Shown piece after piece: positions 38,345 to 50,900 of a stretch of DNA of 64,000 bases. The number at the start of each line of letters is the position of its first letter. Position 1 is the stretch's first letter. Under the pieces are notes generated by a model. It saw only the letters and a list, made by a program, of their open reading frames with translations. It had not been told where the DNA came from and made no database searches. A program made the position numbers and the translations under genes. This DNA is from a virus: positions 64,001-128,000 of the IMG/VR virus record IMGVR_UViG_3300046010_015054; one strand, written 5' to 3'.

Positions 38345-41300
38345 TTAAACTAATTCTAGTTTTTCAAATTTAACATCAATTTTGCTATAGTCTACAGCAT
38401 AATAACCATTTTCAGCTATTACCACAGCGTCTTCAAATTGTGTTCCTAATAATTCTTGAGCCATTACACCAATATATCTAGTATTAGGATCATTAATGTA
38501 ATTATACTCGTAAATATTAATACCTAATTTAGATACACCTATTTTTACAATATTTTCTTTTAATCTAATATCTGATGTTTTTCTGTATTGAAGATAACCA
38601 TCGGCAAAATCTAATGTTTGTGAAAAATTTACTGTAAATAATTTAAAATTTACAGTTAAACCTATAGGTCCAGTACCTTCAGCCCCAATAAGACCTCTAG
38701 AACCAATAGGACCACGAGGGCCGATAGGACCTCTAGGACCTTGAGGACTAGAACCAACAGCACCAATAGGACCACGAGGACCAATATTACCAATAGGACC
38801 TTGAGGGCCTTGAATAGTACTAGCTGGGCCTCTATTGCCCCGAGGGCCTTGTACTCCTATAGGTCCTATAGGACCTTGTGGGCCCGGACCAATAGGACCA
38901 ATTATACCTCTAGGACCTTGGGGTGCAACGCCAATTGGGCCAATATTACCAATAGGACCAATTGGACCCCATGGACCACGAGGACCAATAGGACCTTGTA
39001 TGCCTTGTGGACCTTGTGGGCCCGGGCCTATAGGACCAATAATGCCAGTAGGTCCAATAGGACCTCTAGGACCAATGTTACCAATAGGGCCTTGAATGCC
39101 CTGTGGACCTTGTGGGCCAGGACCAATTGGACCAATATTACCAATAGGACCAATTGGACCCCATGGACCACGAGGACCAATAGGACCTTGTATGCCTTGT
39201 GGACCTTGTGGGCCCGGGCCTATAGGACCAATAATACCTTGAGGACCAATAGGACCTCTAGGGCCTACAATATCAGTTACATCTCCTGCAATGCCTTTAG
39301 GACCTTGAATGCCTGTAGGGCCTTGAATACCTTGTGGGCCTTGAGGACCAGGTCCAATAGGACCTATAATACCTTGGGGTCCTCTAGGACCAATAGGACC
39401 AATGTTACCAATAGGGCCTTGAATACCTTGTGGACCTTGAGGTCCAGGACCTATAGGGCCGATAATACCTTGAGGACCACGAGGACCAATGTTACCAATA
39501 GGGCCAATTGGGCCTATTATACCCCGTGGACCAATAGGACCAGGTCCAATATTACCAATAGTACCTTGTGGACCTATATTTCCAATTGGACCCTGAATAC
39601 CTTGAGGACCACGAGGTCCAATAGGTCCTTGTGGGCCTGGTCCAATAGGACCAATAATGCCAGTAGGTCCAATAGGACCCCAAGGACCTCGCGGACCAAT
39701 AGGGCCTATAATACCCTGAGGGCCTTGAGGACCAGGACCTATAGGGCCTATTATACCTTGAGGACCACGAGGACCAATAGGACCTTGAATATCATTTATA
39801 TCACCCGGAATACCTTTAGGACCTATAATACCTGTGGGGCCTTGAATGCCTTGTGGACCTTGTGGGCCAGGACCTATAGGACCTATAATACCCTGAGGTC
39901 CTCTAGGGCCAATAGGACCAATGTTACCAATAGGGCCTTGAATGCCCTGTGGACCTTGTGGGCCAGGACCTATAGGACCTATAATACCCTGAGGTCCTCT
40001 AGGGCCAATAGGACCAATGTTACCAATAGGACCTTGAATGCCCTGTGGACCTTGTGGGCCTGGGCCAATAGGGCCGATAATACCTTGAGGACCAATATTA
40101 CCCCGAGGACCTTGTATTCCTTGAGGGCCTTGAATACCCTGAGGTCCTTGTGGACCTGGGCCAATTGGACCTTGAATTCCAATAGGTCCAATAGGACCCC
40201 AAGGACCTCGTGGGCCAATAGGGCCTATAGTACCTTGAGGACCTTGTGGGCCCGGGCCTATAGGACCAATAATACCTTGAGGACCAATAGGACCACGAGG
40301 ACCTATAGCATCAGTTACATCTCCAGCAATACCTTTAGGACCTATAATACCTGTGGGGCCTTGAATGCCTTGTGGACCTTGAGGTCCGGGACCTATAGGA
40401 CCAATAATACCCTGAGGTCCCCGAGGACCAATAGGACCTTGTGTACCTTGCGGGCCTTGAATACCCTGAGGCCCTTGTGGGCCTGGACCAATTGGGCCTT
40501 GGATACCTAAAGGACCTCTAGGACCAATAGGACCAATGTTACCAATAGGACCTTGAATACCTCGCGGGCCTTGTGGACCCGGACCAATAGGACCTATAAT
40601 ACCTTGAGGACCACGAGGGCCAATAGGGCCTTGAAGATCACCAGTATCACCTGGGATACCTTTAGGACCTTGTATGCCTGTAGGTCCTTGGGTACCTTGC
40701 GGGCCTTGTGGACCTGGACCAATAGGACCGATAATACCTTGAGGTCCTCTAGGACCAATAGGCCCTTGAATACCTTGTGGACCCTGAATGCCCTGTGGGC
40801 CTTGAGGTCCAGGACCGATTGGACCCTGAATGCCTAAAGGTCCTCTAGGACCAATTGGGCCTATATTGCCAATAGGACCTTGAATACCTTGTGGACCTTG
40901 AGGTCCAGGGCCTATAGGACCAATAATACCTTGTGGACCTCTAGGACCAATAGGTCCCTGAGTACCTTGTGGGCCTTGTATGCCTTGTGGGCCTTGTGGT
41001 CCAGGTCCAATGGGGCCTTGAATTCCAATAGGTCCAATAGGACCCCATGGACCTATTAAACCACGAGGACCTTGAATACCTTGTGGGCCTTGTGGTCCTG
41101 GTCCAATAGGGCCTATAATACCTGTAGGACCTTGAATACCTTGAGGTCCTATTAAACCTCTTGGACCTTGTGGACCTTGTGGTCCTGGTCCAATAGGACC
41201 TATAATTCCTTGTGGTCCACGAGCGCCAATAGGACCTTGTATACCTTGTGGACCTTGTGGACCTTGTGGTCCTGGTCCAATAGGACCAATTATACCTCTT

Positions 41301-41707
41301 GGTCCTTGTAAGCCTTGTGGTCCTTGAGTACCTTGTGGACCTTGAATACCACGTGGACCTTGCGGTCCTTGATTGCCTCTAGGACCTTGTGTACCCCTAG
41401 GACCTTGTGGTCCTTGTAAATCAATTGGTGTTCCTGTTTTACTAGTAACAATTAAAGCTTCAGCAGGTGCATCAAATCGTAAAGCACCCGTTCTATTAGA
41501 AACAAGAACTGTATTAGGTACTACAAATCCAGCATTACTATTAATTTCAATACCTGTTGGTTTAATAGTAAATATATCAACACTACCACTTTGGACTGCT
41601 AAATCTCCTGTAACATTATTAAAAGTAAAATCTATAGCTTTACCATTTGAACTTTCAATAAATTCAAGGCTACCTGATTTAGGTATTATTTTAACATTTT
41701 TAGCCAT
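38345..41707 (-). CDS. Collagen-like fibre chain A with C-terminal peptidase S74-type intramolecular chaperone
   Basis: ~920 aa of Gly-X-Y with periodic GP doublets; C-terminal SDIRLKENI...IYEYNY...GVMAQE. Confidence 0.9.
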   Translation of the reverse strand: MAKNVKIIPKSGSLEFIESSNGKAIDFTFNNVTGDLAVQSGSVDIFTIKPTGIEINSNAGFVVPNTVLVSNRTGALRFDAPAEALIVTSKTGTPIDLQGPQGPRGTQGPRGNQGPQGPRGIQGPQGTQGPQGLQGPRGIIGPIGPGPQGPQGPQGIQGPIGARGPQGIIGPIGPGPQGPQGPRGLIGPQGIQGPTGIIGPIGPGPQGPQGIQGPRGLIGPWGPIGPIGIQGPIGPGPQGPQGIQGPQGTQGPIGPRGPQGIIGPIGPGPQGPQGIQGPIGNIGPIGPRGPLGIQGPIGPGPQGPQGIQGPQGIQGPIGPRGPQGIIGPIGPGPQGPQGTQGPTGIQGPKGIPGDTGDLQGPIGPRGPQGIIGPIGPGPQGPRGIQGPIGNIGPIGPRGPLGIQGPIGPGPQGPQGIQGPQGTQGPIGPRGPQGIIGPIGPGPQGPQGIQGPTGIIGPKGIAGDVTDAIGPRGPIGPQGIIGPIGPGPQGPQGTIGPIGPRGPWGPIGPIGIQGPIGPGPQGPQGIQGPQGIQGPRGNIGPQGIIGPIGPGPQGPQGIQGPIGNIGPIGPRGPQGIIGPIGPGPQGPQGIQGPIGNIGPIGPRGPQGIIGPIGPGPQGPQGIQGPTGIIGPKGIPGDINDIQGPIGPRGPQGIIGPIGPGPQGPQGIIGPIGPRGPWGPIGPTGIIGPIGPGPQGPIGPRGPQGIQGPIGNIGPQGTIGNIGPGPIGPRGIIGPIGPIGNIGPRGPQGIIGPIGPGPQGPQGIQGPIGNIGPIGPRGPQGIIGPIGPGPQGPQGIQGPTGIQGPKGIAGDVTDIVGPRGPIGPQGIIGPIGPGPQGPQGIQGPIGPRGPWGPIGPIGNIGPIGPGPQGPQGIQGPIGNIGPRGPIGPTGIIGPIGPGPQGPQGIQGPIGPRGPWGPIGPIGNIGPIGVAPQGPRGIIGPIGPGPQGPIGPIGVQGPRGNRGPASTIQGPQGPIGNIGPRGPIGAVGSSPQGPRGPIGPRGPIGSRGLIGAEGTGPIGLTVNFKLFTVNFSQTLDFADGYLQYRKTSDIRLKENIVKIGVSKLGINIYEYNYINDPNTRYIGVMAQELLGTQFEDAVVIAENGYYAVDYSKIDVKFEKLELV

Positions 41708-44620
41708 AGATTATTAAGGGTTATAAGCTGTTAATACTCCGGCTACATAATTAAATGAAGGGTTACCTCCACTAGTATTAAGAGCAAAAGTTGTAGTAAC
41801 TCCAGTTGGTGCATTATTACCTGCTGGGCCCTGAGGACCAATGGGGCCTTGAGGACCAATAGGACCAATAGGACCAATAGCGCCTGTAGCACCTGAAGGG
41901 CCAATAGGACCTTGTGGGCCAATGGGTCCAATGTTACCAATAGGACCTTGAGCACCAGATGCACCAACAGGACCAATAGGACCCTGAATACCTTGTGGGC
42001 CTATATTTCCAATAGGACCAGTTGGGCCAATAGGACCAATAGGACCTTGAGGACCAATAGGGCCTGTAGGACCGATAGGGCCAATAGGACCAATATTACC
42101 TTGAGGGCCTTGTGGTCCAATGGGGCCAATATTACCAATTGGACCTTGGGGGCCAATAGGACCTGTAGGGCCAATAGGACCAATAGGACCTTGTGCACCA
42201 ATAGGTCCGATAGGGCCAATAGGACCAATATTACCAATTGGACCTTGAGGACCAATAGGGCCTGTAGGACCAATTGGGCCAATAGGGCCAATATTACCTT
42301 GGGGACCTTGAGGACCTATAGGACCGATATTACCAATTGGACCTTGCACACCAATAGGACCTGTAGGACCAATAGGACCGATAGGACCCTGTGGGCCGAT
42401 AGGACCAATAGGGCCTTGGGGGCCTGGAGCTTGATTATCTCCTTTAGGTCCAATTGGGCCTTGAGCGCCAATAGGGCCTTGAGGGCCAATAGGACCAGTT
42501 GGACCGATTGGACCAATAGGACCCTGTGGACCAATAGGACCAATAGGACCTATGGGACCAATATTACCAATAGGACCTTGAGGGCCAATAGGACCAGTTG
42601 GGCCAATTGGACCGATTGGACCTTGAGGACCAATTGGACCAATGTTACCAATTGGACCGATTGGACCAATAGGACCTTGAGGACCAATAGGGCCTGTAGG
42701 ACCAATAGGGCCAATAGGACCTTGTGGACCAATGGGGCCAATATTACCAATTGGACCTTGAGGACCAATAGGACCAATAGGACCAATGGGGCCAGTAGGT
42801 CCTATAGGACCAATAGGACCTTGGTTACCTTGTGGACCTTGTGGACCAATTGGACCAATAGGACCAATAGGACCTTGAGGGCCAATAGGTCCAGTAGGAC
42901 CAATGGGGCCGATAGGACCTTGAGGACCAATAGGACCGATAGGACCAATGGGGCCAGGTGCTTGGTTGTCTCCTTTAGGACCAATAGGACCTTGTACTCC
43001 AATAGGACCTTGAGGACCAATTGGACCCGTAGGACCAATAGGACCGATAGGGCCTTGAGGACCAATTGGGCCAATAGGGCCAATAGGACCAATATTACCA
43101 ATTGGACCTTGAGGACCAATAGGACCTGTAGGACCGATAGGGCCAATAGGGCCTTGGGGTCCGATAGGACCAATAGGACCTATAGGACCAATATTACCAA
43201 TTGGACCTTGGGGGCCAATAGGACCTGTAGGACCGATAGGACCGATAGGACCTTGTGGGCCGATTGGACCAATAGGACCAATTGGGCCTTGAGCTCCAAT
43301 AGGACCTTGTGGACCTATAGGACCTGTAGGACCAATAGGACCGATAGGGCCTTGGTTTCCTTGAGGACCCTGTGGGCCAATAGGACCGATAGGACCGATA
43401 GGACCTTGTGGGCCGATTGGACCAGTTGGTCCGATAGGACCAATTGGACCTTGAGGGCCGATAGGTCCAATAGGACCTTGAGGACCAGGTGCTTGGTTAT
43501 CTCCTTTAGGTCCAATAGGACCTTGTACTCCAATAGGACCTTGTGGACCAATCGGGCCAGTAGGACCAATTGGGCCAATAGGACCCTGTGGGCCAATAGG
43601 ACCAATGGGACCAATAGGGCCTTGAGCTCCAATAGGACCTTGAGGACCAATTGGACCTGTAGGACCGATAGGACCTATAGGACCTTGAGGACCTTGAGGA
43701 CCAATAGGGCCAATAGGGCCTATAGGACCTATGGGACCTTGTGGACCGATCGGACCAGTTGGACCAATTGGACCAATAGGGCCTTGGGGGCCAATCGGAC
43801 CAATAGGACCGATAGGGCCCGGAGCTTGGTTGTCTCCTTTAGGTCCAATAGGACCTTGTGCACCTATAGGACCTTGTGGGCCAATAGGACCAGTTGGGCC
43901 AATTGGACCGATTGGACCTTGAGGACCGATAGGACCTATAGGACCAATTGGGCCTTGAGCTCCAATAGGACCTTGTGGACCTATAGGGCCAGTTGGGCCA
44001 ATTGGACCTATGGGACCTTGAGGACCAATTGGACCAATAGGACCGATGGGGCCGATAGGACCTATGGGACCTTGAGGGCCAATTGGACCAGTTGGACCAA
44101 TTGGACCAATAGGACCTTGTGGGCCGATAGGACCAATCGGACCGATAGGACCAATTGGACCAATAGGACCTTGAGGACCGATAGGACCCGTAGGACCAAT
44201 TGGGCCAATAGGGCCTTGGTTACCTATAGGACCTTGTGGACCAATTGGACCTTGAGGACCGATTGGACCTTGTGGGCCGATAGGACCTGTAGGACCGATA
44301 GGACCAATTGGGCCTTGAGCACCAATAGGACCCTGTGGACCAATGGGGCCAATTGGGCCTTGTGGGCCTTGAGGACCTGTAGGACCGATAGGACCAATTG
44401 GACCTTGAGGACCGATAGGGCCAATAGGGCCGATAGGACCCTGTGGGCCAATAGGACCAATAGGACCTGTAGGGCCGATAGGACCGATAGGGCCCTGAGG
44501 ACCAATAGGACCAATAGGGCCTATGGGACCTTGTGCTCCAATAGGGCCTTGTGGTCCAATAGGACCAATAGGACCTTGTGGGCCTTGTGGACCTTGAGGA
44601 CCAATTGGACCTTGAGGACC
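38680..44620. repeat. 9-bp-unit degenerate tandem repeats encoding collagen Gly-X-Y (two blocks, ~38680-41420 and ~41820-44620)
   Basis: ggaccaata / ggaccttga units with heavy synonymous variation; 11-triplet super-period. Confidence 0.95.
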
Positions 44621-44914
44621 ACCACCTGTTATGGTTCCAGCTGTACCTTCTACTTCTAAAGTATTTGTACCACTATTAAACCAAACTTGTCCTGGGATTG
44701 GTGAAGAAGGAGAGGATCCTACAACAGGTAATACAAAAGTAGCATTATTAGCAATGGCTAAACTGCCACTATCAATAGTAGCAATGTTAACAGAACCACT
44801 TTTGATTGTTAATTGACCCGCTGATGCAAAATCAAATTTAATTTCTTTACCTACAGCAGTATCTTGGAAATTTAAGCTACCTGATTTTGGTATTATCTGT
44901 ACGTTTTTTGCCAT
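41714..44914 (-). CDS. Collagen-like fibre chain B (no chaperone domain)
   Basis: ~935 aa of near-perfect Gly-Pro-(I/Q/T); N-terminus paralogous to chain A ([14 protein letters not shown]). Confidence 0.9.
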   Translation of the reverse strand: MAKNVQIIPKSGSLNFQDTAVGKEIKFDFASAGQLTIKSGSVNIATIDSGSLAIANNATFVLPVVGSSPSSPIPGQVWFNSGTNTLEVEGTAGTITGGGPQGPIGPQGPQGPQGPIGPIGPQGPIGAQGPIGPIGPIGPQGPIGPIGPTGPIGPIGPQGPIGPIGPIGPQGPIGPIGPTGPQGPQGPIGPIGPQGPIGAQGPIGPIGPTGPIGPQGPIGPQGPIGPQGPIGNQGPIGPIGPTGPIGPQGPIGPIGPIGPIGPIGPQGPIGPIGPTGPIGPQGPIGPIGPIGPIGPIGPQGPIGPIGPTGPIGPQGPIGAQGPIGPIGPIGPQGPIGPIGPTGPIGPQGPIGAQGPIGPKGDNQAPGPIGPIGPIGPQGPIGPIGPTGPIGPQGPIGPIGPIGPIGPQGPQGPIGPIGPTGPIGPQGPIGAQGPIGPIGPIGPQGPIGPIGPTGPIGPQGPIGVQGPIGPKGDNQAPGPQGPIGPIGPQGPIGPIGPTGPIGPQGPIGPIGPIGPQGPQGNQGPIGPIGPTGPIGPQGPIGAQGPIGPIGPIGPQGPIGPIGPTGPIGPQGPIGNIGPIGPIGPIGPQGPIGPIGPTGPIGPQGPIGNIGPIGPIGPIGPQGPIGPIGPTGPIGPQGPIGVQGPIGPKGDNQAPGPIGPIGPIGPQGPIGPIGPTGPIGPQGPIGPIGPIGPQGPQGNQGPIGPIGPTGPIGPIGPIGPQGPIGNIGPIGPQGPIGPIGPTGPIGPQGPIGPIGPIGNIGPIGPQGPIGPIGPTGPIGPQGPIGNIGPIGPIGPIGPQGPIGPIGPTGPIGPQGPIGAQGPIGPKGDNQAPGPQGPIGPIGPQGPIGPIGPTGPIGVQGPIGNIGPIGPQGPQGNIGPIGPIGPTGPIGPQGPIGNIGPIGPIGPIGAQGPIGPIGPTGPIGPQGPIGNIGPIGPQGPQGNIGPIGPIGPTGPIGPQGPIGPIGPTGPIGNIGPQGIQGPIGPVGASGAQGPIGNIGPIGPQGPIGPSGATGAIGPIGPIGPQGPIGPQGPAGNNAPTGVTTTFALNTSGGNPSFNYVAGVLTAYNP

Positions 44915-44936
44915 CTTTTATATATACTAATAAATA

Positions 44937-47900
44937 TTAGCCTTTTACGGGATATTCAACTATTAATTTCGGATCTACTTTTCTTTCTGCAAATACTACG
45001 TAATAAGCGTTTACTTCTCCACATTCACATGCTACCACGACTTGTTCAACTGACGCTGATAATACGTAGTGAGTACATGATTTTCCAATAGGTGTTAATT
45101 GTACTGATAGGCTATCATGGTATACTAAATCTTTCCAGTAATCAGGTAATGTAATTACTCCATCTCCTTCTACTTTACCTCTAATATACACACCAGTTTC
45201 TGGTCCCTCAAGCACTGAGTAGCGAAGTCTCCATCCTTCTTTTGAAGGGTGTGGTATATCAAAGTTTTTAACGTTACCATTGATTTCATTAAAGTTATTA
45301 ATATTAGAAGTTCCGGCACCATCAATATTACCAGTACCATCCATAGTAATGTTTCTAACATTACTAACATCAGTATTGTTCATATCAATGCCACCTTGAA
45401 CACTAATATCTCCGTTAACTCCTAATGTTGTGCCAGTAAATGTTAAGTTAGCTTCACCATTAATTAGACCAGCGGTACCAGTTGCGGTTAATACGTAGTT
45501 GTTAGTATTGTTGTTTATAGTAGCAGCGCCTGACGTACCTGATGAACCTGATGAGCCACTAGAACCGCTAGTACCACTAGAACCGGATGAACCTGATGAA
45601 CCGCTTGTACCTGAAGAGCCTGATGTACCACTAATGCCTATACCTGATGAACCTGAAGAACCTGATGTTCCTGAAGTGCCATTTACACCTGATAAACCTG
45701 AAGAACCAGATGTTCCAGAAGAGCCGCTTGAACCAGATGAGCCTGAGCTACCACTTGAGCCACTTGTACCTGATGAACCTGAAGTTCCTGATGAACCTGA
45801 AGTTCCTGATGAACCTGATGAGCCTGAACTGCCAGAAGATCCTGAACTGCCTGAAGTACCAGAGGAGCCTGAAGAACCACTAGTTCCTGATGAGCCTGAG
45901 CTACCTGAAGAGCCACTTGAACCTGATGTACCAGAAGAGCCTGAACTACCACTTGTGCCTGATGAGCCTGAGCTACCTGAAGATCCAGAAGAGCCACTAG
46001 TACCTGATGAACCTGAACTTCCTGACGTGCCTGATGAACCTGATGAGCCTGATGAGCCTGAAGTACCAGATGAGCCACTTGAGCCAGATGTTCCTGAAGA
46101 ACCTGAACTACCTGATGAACCTGATGAACCTGAAGTACCACTAGTTCCGTTTATACCTGATAAACCTGAAGAACCAGATGTTCCGCTTGAACCAGATGAG
46201 CCTGAGCTGCCACTTGTACCTGAAGAGCCTGAAGTTCCTGATGAACCACTAGTTCCTGAAGAGCCTGAACTACCTGAAGAACCAGAACTTCCACTAGTAC
46301 CTGATGTTCCGCTTGAACCTGAAGTACCTGATGAGCCTGAACTTCCACTTGAACCTGATGAACCTGAACTACCTGAAGTACCTGAAGTTCCTGAAGTACC
46401 ACTAGAACCAGATGTTCCTGATGAGCCTGAAGAACCAGAGCTGCCTGAAGATCCTGAAGTACCAGACGAACCTGAGCTTCCGCTAGTTCCTGATGAACCA
46501 CTAGAACCTGAGCTGCCTGATGAGCCTGATGTTCCTGAAGAACCACTTGTACCTGAAGTACCGGATGAACCACTTGAACCAGATGAACCTGAACTACCTG
46601 AAGTTCCTGATGTACCGTTAATACCACTTAAACCTGATGAGCCACTTGTACCAGATGAACCTGAGCTACCTGATGAGCCTGAAGAGCCACTAGTACCTGA
46701 AGTACCTGAACTGCCTGAAGTACCTGAACTACCGCTTGAACCTGATGAACCAGAGCTTCCGCTAGTTCCTGAGGTACCACTTGAACCTGATGTTCCTGAT
46801 GAACCACTTGAACCAGATGAACCTGAAGAGCCACTTGTACCTGAAGTACCAGATGAACCACTTGTTCCTGATGAGCCTGAAGAACCTGATGAACCAGAAG
46901 AACCACTTGTACCTGAAGTACCTGATGAACCACTAGTACCAGAAGTACCTGATGAACCTGAAGAGCCACTTGAGCCACTTGAACCAGAAGTTCCTGAAGA
47001 ACCTGAAGTACCTGAAGAACCTGAGCTACCACTTGTACCTGATGAGCCACTTGAACCTGAAGTTCCAGATGAGCCACTTGTTCCAGAAGTACCATTAATA
47101 CCACTTAAACCTGATGATCCAGATGTACCTGAGGTACCAGATGAACCTGATGATCCTGATGTGCCTGATGTTCCGCTTGAACCTGAAGTGCCTGATGTTC
47201 CTGATGAACCAGATGAACCAGAACTTCCACTAGTACCTGATGTACCGCTTGAGCCAGAAGTTCCTGATGAACCTGAGCTACCTGAAGATCCTGATGAGCC
47301 GCTAGTTCCTGAAGTTCCTGATGAACCGCTTGAACCTGATGTACCTGAAGAGCCACTTGAACCACTTGAACCGGAAGTACCACTTGTACCTGAAGTACCA
47401 TTTATACCTGAAAGGCCTGATGAACCAGATGTTCCTGAAGAACCTGAAGTTCCGCTAGTTCCTGATGAACCTGAGCTGCCTGATGTTCCTGATGAACCTG
47501 AAGTACCAGATGAGCCATCTGTACCACTAGTTCCTGATGAGCCACTAGAACCTGAACTACCACTTGAACCAGATGTTCCGCTTGAACCTGAAGTTCCGCT
47601 TGAACCTGAAGAGCCACTTGAACCACTAGTTCCTGAAGTACCAGATGAACCACTTGTTCCTGATGAACCTGAACTACCTGAACTGCCTGATGTACCGCTA
47701 GTACCTGAAGTTCCGTTTATACCGCTTAAACCTGAAGAACCTGATGTTCCTGAAGAGCCAGATGTACCTGAAGTACCTGAACTGCCTGATGAGCCCGAGC
47801 TACCACTTGTACCAGATGAACCATCTGTACCAGATGTACCACTTGAACCTGAAGAACCTGAAGTACCACTTGTACCACTTGTTCCTGAAGAACCTGAAGA

Positions 47901-50900
47901 TCCTGAAGTGCCGCTTGAACCTGAACTACCGCTTGAACCTGAAGAACCTGATGTTCCACTAGTACCTGAAGAGCCATCCGTACCTGAGGTACCTGATGAA
48001 CCAGATGAACCTGAAGTACCTGAAGTTCCGTTTATACCTGAAAGACCTGATGATCCTGAAGTACCTGAAGTACCTGAAGAACCACTAGTTCCACTTGAAC
48101 CTGATGAGCCTGAACTACCTGAGGTTCCACTTGTACCTGAAGATCCGTCTGTACCTGATGTACCTGATGAACCGCTTGTTCCTGATGAACCTGATGAACC
48201 TGATGTACCAGATGAACCTGAAGAACCACTTGTTCCTGATGAACCATCTGTACCTGAAGTACCTGAGCTACCTGAAGAACCTGAGCTACCTGAAGTGCCA
48301 GATGAACCATCTGTACCACTTGTACCCGAAGTACCTGAAGTACCATTAATACCACTTAAACCTGAAGATCCAGATGTACCTGAAGTGCCTGAACTTCCTG
48401 AAGTACCTGATGAGCCTGAGCTACCTGATGTTCCTGAAGATCCTGAAGTACCAGATGAGCCATCTGTACCAGATGTACCTGAGGAACCACTAGTTCCTGA
48501 TGAACCACTAGAACCTGAAGTTCCACTAGAGCCTGAACTACCTGAAGTACCACTTGAGCCATCTGTACCTGAAGTACCAGATGAACCAGATGATCCTGAG
48601 CTGCCTGAAGTACCAGATGAGCCATCTGTACCGCTTGTGCCTGAAGTACCTGAAGTACCATTAATACCACTTAAGCCAGAAGAACCACTTGTTCCTGAGC
48701 TACCTGAAGTACCACTTGTTCCTGAAGAACCTGAGCTACCACTTGTACCACTAGTTCCTGATGAACCATCTGTACCTGAGGTACCGCTTGAACCTGATGT
48801 TCCTGATGAGCCACTTGAACCCGAAGTTCCAGATGAACCAGAACTACCTGAAGTGCCTGAAGAACCATCTGTACCAGATGTTCCTGAAGATCCTGAACTA
48901 CCTGAGCTACCACTAGTGCCTGAAGTACCTGAGCTACCATCTGTACCACTTGAACCTGAAGTTCCAGAAGTACCACTTGTTCCGTTTATACCTGATAAAC
49001 CAGAAGAACCACTTGTTCCGCTTGTACCTGAAGAACCATCTGTACCACTTGTACCAGATGAACCAGATGTACCACTTGAGCCACTAGTTCCTGAAGATCC
49101 GTCTGTACCTGAAGTTCCTGAAGAACCGCTAGTACCTGATGAGCCTGAACTACCACTTGTGCCTGATGAGCCTGAACTACCTGATGTACCTGATGAACCA
49201 TCTGTGCCGCTTGTACCAGATGAACCTGAACTACCACTAGTACCTGAAGTACCTGAAGAACCATCTGTACCTGAAGTACCTGATGAACCACTTGTACCTG
49301 AAGTGCCATTTATACCTGAAAGACCTGAGCTACCTGATGTGCCACTAGTACCTGAAGTACCATCTGTACCACTTGTACCAGAAGTGCCACTTGTACCCGA
49401 AGAACCATCTGTACCTGAGGTGCCAGATGAACCATCTGTCCCTGAAGTTCCTGATGAACCTGAAGATCCAGATGTTCCTGATGAACCACTTGAACCAGAT
49501 GTACCTGAAGTACCTGAAGAGCCATCTGTACCTGAAGTACCGCTTGAACCATCAGTACCTGAAGTACCACTTGTGCCGGATTCACCTGAGGTTCCTGATG
49601 AACCACTTGTACCTGAGGTGCCGTTTATACCGGATAAACCTGAAGATCCGCTGGTTCCGCTTGTGCCTGAAGAACCATCTGTACCAGAAGTACCAGATGA
49701 GCCAGATGTTCCGGATTCACCACTTGTACCAGATGAACCATCTGTACCAGAAGTGCCTGAAGTACCTGATGTACCATTTATACCTGAAAGACCAGATGAA
49801 CCAGAGGTACCAGAAGAACCATCTGTACCCGAAGTACCAGAAGTGCCACTAGAACCATCTGTACCCGAAGTACCTGAAGAACCATCGGTACCACTTGTAC
49901 CTGATGAACCACTAGTACCTGAAGTACCATTAATACCACTTAATCCCGAACTTCCACTTGTTCCGCTTGTACCTGAAGATCCGTCTGTACCTGAAGTACC
50001 CGAAGAACCGCTTGTACCTGATTCACCGCTTGTACCCGAAGAGCCATCAGTTCCTGAAGTACCAGAAGTACCGCTTGTTCCGTTTATACCTGAAAGGCCT
50101 GAAGAGCCTGAAGTGCCAGATGAACCATCTGTACCAGATGTGCCTGATGAACCACTTGTGCCAGAAGTACCTGAAGAACCGTCTGTACCTGAAGTACCGC
50201 TTGAGCCATCAGTACCTGAGGTACCACTTGTACCTGAGGTTCCATTAATACCGCTTAAACCTGATGAACCTGATGTACCACTTGAACCATCTGTACCAGA
50301 TGTACCAGAAGAACCACTAGTTCCTGATGAACCAGATGTACCTGAACTACCATCTGTACCTGAAGTGCCACTTGAGCCATCAGTACCTGAAGTGCCACTT
50401 GTTCCGTTTATACCTGAAAGGCCTGAAGAGCCTGAAGTGCCACTTGTACCAGATGAACCATCTGTACCAGATGTGCCTGATGTTCCGCTTATACCTGAAC
50501 TACCATCTGTACCTGAAGTACCAGATGAACCATCTGTTCCTGAAGTTCCTGATGTGCCGCTTGTTCCGTTTATACCAGACAAACCAGAACTACCTGAAGT
50601 GCCACTTGAGCCATCAGTACCTGAAGTTCCTGATGAACCACTTGTACCACTTGTACCACTTGTGCCTGATGAGCCATCTGTACCTGATGTTCCTGAAGAA
50701 CCATCTGTACCACTTGTACCAGAGGTTCCATTAATTCCTGAAAGGCCTGAACTACCACTAGTACCTGAAGTGCCATCTGTACCACTTGTACCAGAAGTAC
50801 CACCTGTACCTGAAGTACCACTTGAACCATCTGTACCTGATGTACCTGAAGTACCATCTGTACCACTAGTTCCAGAAGTACCATTTATACCACTTAAACC

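Noticed and set aside
38741-44659. Long plus-strand Arg/Thr/Asn ORFs (589 aa, 915 aa) and alternative-frame V/L/Q ORFs in the repeats
   Set aside because: Frame artefacts of the collagen codon repeats
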